NCBI GenBank assembly: GCA_965204435.1
Contig: OZ241997.1
Location: 4,899,212-4,963,211 of the forward strand
Direction: 5' to 3'
DNA: 64,000 nt
DNA from: Bryobacterales bacterium
GTDB taxonomy: Bacteria > Acidobacteriota > Terriglobia > Bryobacterales > UBA6623
Below are positions 58,332-64,000 of this stretch, piece by piece. The notes below the pieces were generated by a model. That model saw only the letters and a list, made by a program, of their open reading frames with translations, was not told where the DNA came from and did not search any database. Every line of letters begins with the position of its first letter. Position 1 is the first letter of the stretch. A program made the translations under genes and the position numbers.

Positions 58332-59420
58332 CTAGTCCGCGGCCACGCTCCGATCTAGGCCCATCCCGTGATCGTCGAGTCGGTAGTGCGCCGCTAGCAG
58401 ATCCCGTCCGAAGTCCCCCTTGAACTCCCGCCAGACCGTGTGGCTGTGGTTGTTGCCGTTCTGCACGTTGTCGTACTCGATCAGGAATTCCGGAGACTGG
58501 ATGCGGTAATAGTCCCCGCCTCCGGGCTCGATCGCGCCGGCCCACGCGAAGAACAGCTGGTCCTTCGGCGTTTCCCGCACTCTCTTCATCCGCGCTTCGG
58601 CCTGCTCGGCGGGCACTGAGACTGCGTACTGATCGGCTGTGGCCAGCAACATTTCGTACTGCGCCTGGCTGAGCTCGGACGCTGGCAGTCCCTGCGGCTC
58701 GTTCTCCAGCACGGCCCGGGTGTCGGCGGTTGTCAGGATGTCCCGATAGGCCTCTTCCGCCACCAAGGCCTTCTTCTTGAGCGCGTCGCCCAAGGACATC
58801 ATTAGCTTGCGGGCGGTGTCCTCGCGTGCGCCCAGTGGACGGACGCCCTTGCGCGGACCATCCATGACCATGTGAGGGTTCGCGCCGAGAAACTCCGGCG
58901 CGGTCGAGACCAGCTTGCCAGCGCGCATGAGAAAGTGCAGGGAGACATGGTGGCCTTCGAAGCGCCAGGCCCAGTCGCCATCCATCGACGGCTCGCCGAA
59001 GACGCTGACGTGGTAGACGTTCACATCGCGGCGACCCGTGTTGTCGTCTTCCTTAATCCGCAGGACTTCTTCCAGGCTCATGATCGTCTTGACGGACACG
59101 AACCCCGCCCGCGACAAAGACGCTGACAGCAGCGCGTCGGCCAGCGACCGCTGCTCTGGGCTCATCTCGTTGTAAGTCAGGCCGTTGCGTCGGTAGCCGC
59201 GCGTACTGGCGAAGCTGTTGTCCGGCACGTAGTGCCAGCGCTCGTAGTCGGGGTTGTCCAGCTTGTACTTGGCTGACGTGATCTGGTTGCTATTCAGCGA
59301 GGCGAGCCACGACTTGGCGGCGGACACCATCAGATCTTCGGTGGTTGCGTGATAGGCGATAGCGGCCAGCCCCAGGCCAAGGGTCAGGGCGGCGGCACGG
59401 AAGCAAACGGCACGGCGCAT
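58332..59420 (-). CDS. DUF3500 domain protein (secreted)
   Basis: ATG at 59420 follows GGAG. Signal MRRAVCFRAAALTLGLGLAAIA. WHYVP, WRFEGHHVSLHF and EYDNVQNGNNHSHTVWRE match the DUF3500 pattern. Confidence 0.8.
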   Translation of the reverse strand: MRRAVCFRAAALTLGLGLAAIAYHATTEDLMVSAAKSWLASLNSNQITSAKYKLDNPDYERWHYVPDNSFASTRGYRRNGLTYNEMSPEQRSLADALLSASLSRAGFVSVKTIMSLEEVLRIKEDDNTGRRDVNVYHVSVFGEPSMDGDWAWRFEGHHVSLHFLMRAGKLVSTAPEFLGANPHMVMDGPRKGVRPLGAREDTARKLMMSLGDALKKKALVAEEAYRDILTTADTRAVLENEPQGLPASELSQAQYEMLLATADQYAVSVPAEQAEARMKRVRETPKDQLFFAWAGAIEPGGGDYYRIQSPEFLIEYDNVQNGNNHSHTVWREFKGDFGRDLLAAHYRLDDHGMGLDRSVAAD

Positions 59421-59739
59421 GAGATGTCTCCTTCGGGGAAGTTGCAGTCGAGGTTGTCCCGCAACCGCCCGGCACATTATAGCGACGATGAGCCCCGGAA
59501 CAGACAACTGCCATCCGCGAAGTTCTGTCGTGCGGCGACGCGGCCCCTGTCGGGACGCGGCCCGGTTTCGGCCATAGCCTGCGGAATACGGCATCAAGCC
59601 CGCCGCAAGTCCGGATTGACACGCGGCTCCGATCCCTTCAAAATAGAGGTAGAGTCGGTTGATTGGCAGCGGGCTAGGACCCTCCTCGCGGCTCGACCGT
59701 TTGTGATCCCCTTAACGCTCCTTTCTTGAGTTTTTGTCC

Positions 59740-60774
59740 ATGATTCAGGTTGAAGGCGTCACCAAGCGCTACGGGCCCAAGACCGCAGTCTCGAACATCA
59801 GCTTTGAAGTCGAGCGCGGCGAGATCGTCGGCTTCCTGGGCCCGAACGGGGCCGGAAAGACCACGACCATGCGCATCCTGACGGGCTTTCTCCCGCCGAC
59901 GCTCGGAACGGCGAGCGTCGCGGGCTTCGATGTCGGCAAGAGCCCGATCGAGGTAAAGCGGCGCATCGGGTACCTGCCCGAGTCTCCGCCGCTGTATCCC
60001 GAGATGGAGGTCGGCGACTACCTGCGCTTCGTGGCAGCCATCAAGCGCATCCCCAAGAGAGAGATTTCCCGGCGCGTCGACGCGGTCTTGGAGCGAACCG
60101 CCACAGGCGCCGTCCGGAACCTGCTGGTGGGCAAGCTGTCCAAGGGCTATCGGCAGCGCGTCGGTCTGGCGCAGGCGCTGATCCACGGTCCGGAAGTCTT
60201 GGTGCTCGACGAGCCCACTTCGGGCCTGGACCCGAAGCAGATCATCGAGGTGCGGGGCCTGATTCGATCGCTGGCGGGCGAGCACACGATTCTGCTCAGC
60301 ACGCACATCCTGCCGGAAGTCGCTGGCACCTGCGGGCGGGTGATCATCATCAACGAAGGGCGGATCGAGGCCAGCGATACTCCTGAGAACCTCACGGCGC
60401 AGCTACAGGGCGCCAATTCCCTGTTGCTGGATATTGAGGGTCCTTCCGAACAGGTCCGGGAACGGCTCGAACTCGATCTGGCCGTGCGCAAGGTGGTCGA
60501 GCACGAGGCCCGCAATGGCCGCACGGTGTGGCGTGTCGAGGCCGACAAGGACGAGAACCTCACGCGGCGGCTCGCGGAAGCGGTGGTCACGTCTGGCTGG
60601 GGCCTGTACGGGATGCAATCGCTCGGGCTGAGCTTGGAGGACATCTTCCTCAAGCTGACCAGCGACGAGTCGGCTGCGGCGCAGGCCGAGGAAGAGGTGC
60701 CCGAACCCGAGGCGGCTGAATCGGAACCGCCCGCCGACGAGGGCTCTGAGAGCGGGGAGGGCGAGGACGAATGA
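59740..60774 (+). CDS. ABC transporter ATP-binding protein (ABC-2 / GldA-like) with an acidic C-terminal tail
   Basis: MIQVEGVTKRYG, GPNGAGKTTT (Walker A), LSKGYRQR, VLVLDEPTSGLDP (Walker B). The tail is EEEVPEPEAAESEPPADEGSESGEGEDE. Confidence 0.9.
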   Translation: MIQVEGVTKRYGPKTAVSNISFEVERGEIVGFLGPNGAGKTTTMRILTGFLPPTLGTASVAGFDVGKSPIEVKRRIGYLPESPPLYPEMEVGDYLRFVAAIKRIPKREISRRVDAVLERTATGAVRNLLVGKLSKGYRQRVGLAQALIHGPEVLVLDEPTSGLDPKQIIEVRGLIRSLAGEHTILLSTHILPEVAGTCGRVIIINEGRIEASDTPENLTAQLQGANSLLLDIEGPSEQVRERLELDLAVRKVVEHEARNGRTVWRVEADKDENLTRRLAEAVVTSGWGLYGMQSLGLSLEDIFLKLTSDESAAAQAEEEVPEPEAAESEPPADEGSESGEGEDE

Positions 60775-61544
60775 GAAACATCTGGACTATCGCGATGCGC
60801 GAGTTCAAGGTGTACTTCACGTCGCCGATCGCGTACATCGTGCTCGCCATGTTCGCCGTGGTGTTCGGCTACTTCTTCACATCTGGCCTAGCGTTCTTCA
60901 TGGACTACAGCGCCAGCGTGCAGGCCCAGGGCGGCGCCGGCGCTCCTCCGCTGAACGTCAACCAGTTCGTCATCGAGCCGTCGCTGGGGAACATGAGCAT
61001 CGTGCTGCTGTTCTTGATTCCGATGATCACGATGCGCCTGTTCGCCGAGGAGCAGCGCAGCGGCACGATCGAGCTGCTGCTGACCTCCCCGCTGCAGGAC
61101 TACCACATCATTTGCGGCAAGTGGCTCGGGGCGTTGTTGCTGTATGGCTGCCTGCTGCTGGTGGCAGTGCTGAACCTCTCGGTTCTGTTCCTGTACACGA
61201 CGCCGGACTGGAAGCCGCTGCTGGTCTCCCTGCTCGGCCTGCTGCTGATGGGCGGCTCGATGATCGCGATCGGCACGTTCCTCTCGACGCTGACGCGCAA
61301 CCAGATCGTAGCCGGAGCGCTGACGTTCGGCGTCCTGTTGTTGCTCTGGGTCCTGAACTGGATCAGTTCGTACGAGACCTCCACCTTCAGCCGGATCTGC
61401 GAGTACCTTGCCATCTCGCCGCACTTCGAACAGTTCTCGAAGGGCGTCATCGAACTCAAGGACCTGCTCTACTACCTCAGCGCGATTTCCCTCGGACTCT
61501 TCCTCAGCAAGCGCTCTCTCGAAGCGCTGCGCTGGAAGGCATAA
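60771..61544 (+). CDS. ABC-2 family permease (GldF-like)
   Basis: 257 aa, six hydrophobic segments. FAEEQRSGTIELLLTSP. Overlaps the ATPase gene by 4 nt. Confidence 0.85.
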   Translation: MRNIWTIAMREFKVYFTSPIAYIVLAMFAVVFGYFFTSGLAFFMDYSASVQAQGGAGAPPLNVNQFVIEPSLGNMSIVLLFLIPMITMRLFAEEQRSGTIELLLTSPLQDYHIICGKWLGALLLYGCLLLVAVLNLSVLFLYTTPDWKPLLVSLLGLLLMGGSMIAIGTFLSTLTRNQIVAGALTFGVLLLLWVLNWISSYETSTFSRICEYLAISPHFEQFSKGVIELKDLLYYLSAISLGLFLSKRSLEALRWKA

Positions 61545-61557
61545 GGAGTGCTCGGCA

Positions 61558-63009
61558 ATGGACTGGTTGCGTTCCAGACAGTTCAGATCGGGCGGCTATG
61601 CCGCTGTCTACACCCTTGTGTTCGTGGCTATCTTGGCCATGGCAAACTGGCTCGGCGTCCAGTACAACGAGACCTACGACGCGACCGAGCGCAAGCTCTA
61701 CAGCCTGTCAGACCAGACGCATAAGATCCTCGACGGCCTCGAGCGAGAGGTGGTCATTTCCTATTTCGACCGGACATCGCAGTTCGTGGCGGCCCAGGAC
61801 ATGCTGCGTCGCTACGAGAACGCGTCGAACCGTGTCTCGGTCGAGTACGTCGATCCCGACGAGGATCCGATCAAGACCGAGGCCATGAACGTCCGCACAT
61901 ACGGCACGTTGATCTTGAACATTGACGGCGTGCGCCACGAGGCCTCTTCGCTGAGCGAGCAGGACATCACCAACGCCATCATCACGGCCATCAAGGGCCA
62001 AGAGAAGACCGCCTGCGTTGTCACCGGTCACGGCGAGTCCTCCGGCGACGACATGGATCGCAACGGATTCGCCAACGCCGTGTCGCGCATCGAGGACGCC
62101 AATTACGATCACCAACAGGTCAACCTTGCCGAGGGTGCGGTCCCCGAGGATTGCTCCATCGTGGTCGTGGCGGGTCCCAGCACGGCCTATTTCGATCCGG
62201 AAGTTGCGGCGATTCGCGACTTCGTGGAAGGTGGCGGCCGGGCGCTGCTGCTGCTTGGGCCTGTGCTGCCCGACGAGCGCGGCCGCCGCGAGGAGCGCAA
62301 TCCGAAACTGGTGGATCTGCTTGCGAACTGGGGGATCGAGGCCAAGAACGACGTGGTCATCGACCAGTCTGCGATCGGCCAGCTCTTTGGGGGCGGCCCG
62401 TTCACGCCGCTGGTCAGCGAGTATCAGTTCCATCCGATCGTCGAGCCCTTGGAAAACGTGGCGACTCTTTTCCCACGCGCTCGCAGCGTCGGGCAGGCGT
62501 CGGACGTGCCTGACGGCTGGACGGTTGATGTGTTGTTCGAGAGCTCGGAGACGAGCTTCGCGACGTCGGCGCTGATGGCGGAGGCGGCCGGCTTCACGCT
62601 GGGGCCGGAGTCGAGCCAGACCGATGGTCCGATCGCTTTGGCTGTGGCGGCGACATACGACGTGCCCGAGGCAGCCGCGGAGGAGCCCGAGCCGTCCGGG
62701 GCGGCTGGTGACGCCATCGAGCCCGCCGAGGAAGAAGCCGAGCCGGAGGGCCGCGTCGTAGCGGTCGGCTCGGCCGGCTTTGCCAGCAACTACGGCCTGG
62801 CACTGGGCGGCAACGACGATCTGCTGCTCAACATGCTGAACTGGCTGAGCTCGGACGAGGATCTGATCTCGGTCCGCCCGAAGGATCCGGAATCGACCGT
62901 GATCGAGATGACCGCCGCGGAGATGAGCCGCATCTTCTATGCGAGCTTGCTGCTGCTGCCTCTCATCATCATCGTGACCGGCGTCTGGACATGGTGGGGC
63001 CGCCGTTAG
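61558..63009 (+). CDS. GldG-family ABC transport auxiliary protein
   Basis: ATG at 61558 follows AAGGAG. An N-terminal TM, then YDATERKLYSLSDQT...ISYFD and LGNDDLLLNMLNWLS, and a C-terminal TM. Confidence 0.8.
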   Translation: MDWLRSRQFRSGGYAAVYTLVFVAILAMANWLGVQYNETYDATERKLYSLSDQTHKILDGLEREVVISYFDRTSQFVAAQDMLRRYENASNRVSVEYVDPDEDPIKTEAMNVRTYGTLILNIDGVRHEASSLSEQDITNAIITAIKGQEKTACVVTGHGESSGDDMDRNGFANAVSRIEDANYDHQQVNLAEGAVPEDCSIVVVAGPSTAYFDPEVAAIRDFVEGGGRALLLLGPVLPDERGRREERNPKLVDLLANWGIEAKNDVVIDQSAIGQLFGGGPFTPLVSEYQFHPIVEPLENVATLFPRARSVGQASDVPDGWTVDVLFESSETSFATSALMAEAAGFTLGPESSQTDGPIALAVAATYDVPEAAAEEPEPSGAAGDAIEPAEEEAEPEGRVVAVGSAGFASNYGLALGGNDDLLLNMLNWLSSDEDLISVRPKDPESTVIEMTAAEMSRIFYASLLLLPLIIIVTGVWTWWGRR

Positions 63010-63060
63010 CGGAGAACTTCGACCAGTCGCAGCGTCAGTCGCGCCACGCGCATCGTAGCC

Positions 63061-64000
63061 ATGAAAGCGAATCCCCTTCTCGTAGCTGCCGTATTGCTGG
63101 CCGTGCTGGGCGGAGCGGTCTGGTATACGCGGGAGAATCCGCCCGCGGATGAGGATGCCCAGCCGAAAGTCGTCGATCTGGAAGAGGCCGACATTCGCGA
63201 AGTCAGCTTGCTGCGCAAGGGTCAGGATGCCATCACGGTAGTGCGCGGGGCGGACGACGAATGGGAATTCGGCGGCGGCTTGGAAATTCCCGCCAACCAG
63301 ACCGTGGTAGGCCAGATCGTCTCCAGCCTGGCGACCCTGAATGCCGAGAGAGTGGTCTCGGAGAACGTGGTGGACTGGGGGCCGTACGAGCTTGCCGAGC
63401 CCGAACTGGCCGTGAGATACAAGCTCGCCGAGGGCGGCGGCACGGTGCAGTTCGGGCGAGACACCCCGACCGGATCAGGCGTGTTCGCCCGGCTGGAGGG
63501 CGACCCGCGCTTGTTCACCTTGTACAGCTACAACAAGACAACGTTCGAGAAGTCGCGATTCGACCTGCGCGACAAGCGCCTGCTGGATCTGGACGCCGCT
63601 TCGATTTCCAGCGTCACGGTTGCCGCGGGCGGCCGCACGTTGCAGTTTGAACGCGCCGACGGGAACTGGGCGATTGCCTTGCCCTACCGGCTGAGGGCCG
63701 ACGATTTCACGGTCAGCGATCTCGTGCAAGTGGTGAGGACGGCCGAGATGACCGAAGTCTTGAGCGATTCCGCCGAGAGTGCCGACTATTCGTTCCGCTC
63801 GCCGCTCGCAACGGTGTCCGTCGTGGACGACAGCGGCGAGCACGAGCTCAAGGTGGCCAGGGACGGGGACACGTACTATGCCGCCAGCAGCGCTCACAGC
63901 GGCGTGTTCGGCGTGAGCGCGACGCTGGCCGAGAGCTTCGACAAGCCGCTGGAGGACTTCCGAAACAAGAAGTTGTTCGACTTCGGCTTCGCCGACCCGG
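63061..64000 (+). CDS. DUF4340 domain protein (partial, runs off the window)
   Basis: The frame is open from ATG 63061 to the window end. MKANPLLVAAVLLAVLGGAVWY...WEFGGGLEIPANQTVVGQIVSSL...FDLRDKRLLD. This is the usual fourth gene of GldA/F/G-type clusters. It is not in the ORF track because it is open-ended. Confidence 0.7.
   Translation, partial: MKANPLLVAAVLLAVLGGAVWYTRENPPADEDAQPKVVDLEEADIREVSLLRKGQDAITVVRGADDEWEFGGGLEIPANQTVVGQIVSSLATLNAERVVSENVVDWGPYELAEPELAVRYKLAEGGGTVQFGRDTPTGSGVFARLEGDPRLFTLYSYNKTTFEKSRFDLRDKRLLDLDAASISSVTVAAGGRTLQFERADGNWAIALPYRLRADDFTVSDLVQVVRTAEMTEVLSDSAESADYSFRSPLATVSVVDDSGEHELKVARDGDTYYAASSAHSGVFGVSATLAESFDKPLEDFRNKKLFDFGFADP

Overview
High-GC bacterial chromosomal window. 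The gene content (CarboxypepD_reg-type TonB-dependent receptors, a PSCyt/DUF1549/DUF1553 + DUF1501 pair, a GldA/F/G-like ABC cluster with DUF4340) suggests Acidobacteriota or a similar soil phylum; this is inference only. Core genes: partial acyl-CoA dehydrogenase, acnA, ispH, a nuoCDHIJKLMN operon (no nuoA/B/E/F/G here), a membrane-sector-only F-type ATPase operon (atpZ/I-like, atpB, atpE, atpF) translationally coupled to a PhoD-like phosphatase and an S9 peptidase, metY, and a PDZ-containing histidine kinase with an NtrC-type regulator. The accessory segment at about 27.6-39.4 kb holds a frameshifted DUF4338-ISAs1 transposase gene, a TonB-dependent receptor with an unusual C-terminal tail, and the main finding. 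That finding is a 3.7-kb recombinase-in-trio (RIT) element: three overlapping tyrosine recombinase genes between 88-bp inverted repeats, inserted inside the vapC toxin gene of a vapBC locus. Both halves of vapC are still present, so the empty site can be reconstructed to the nucleotide. A second RHH-PIN module (53.6-54.2 kb) has its toxin broken by an 8-bp insertion. A DUF1778 antitoxin (18.0 kb) has no toxin partner. No rRNA, tRNA or CRISPR array was recognised. All family calls rest on motif recognition by eye, without database searches.
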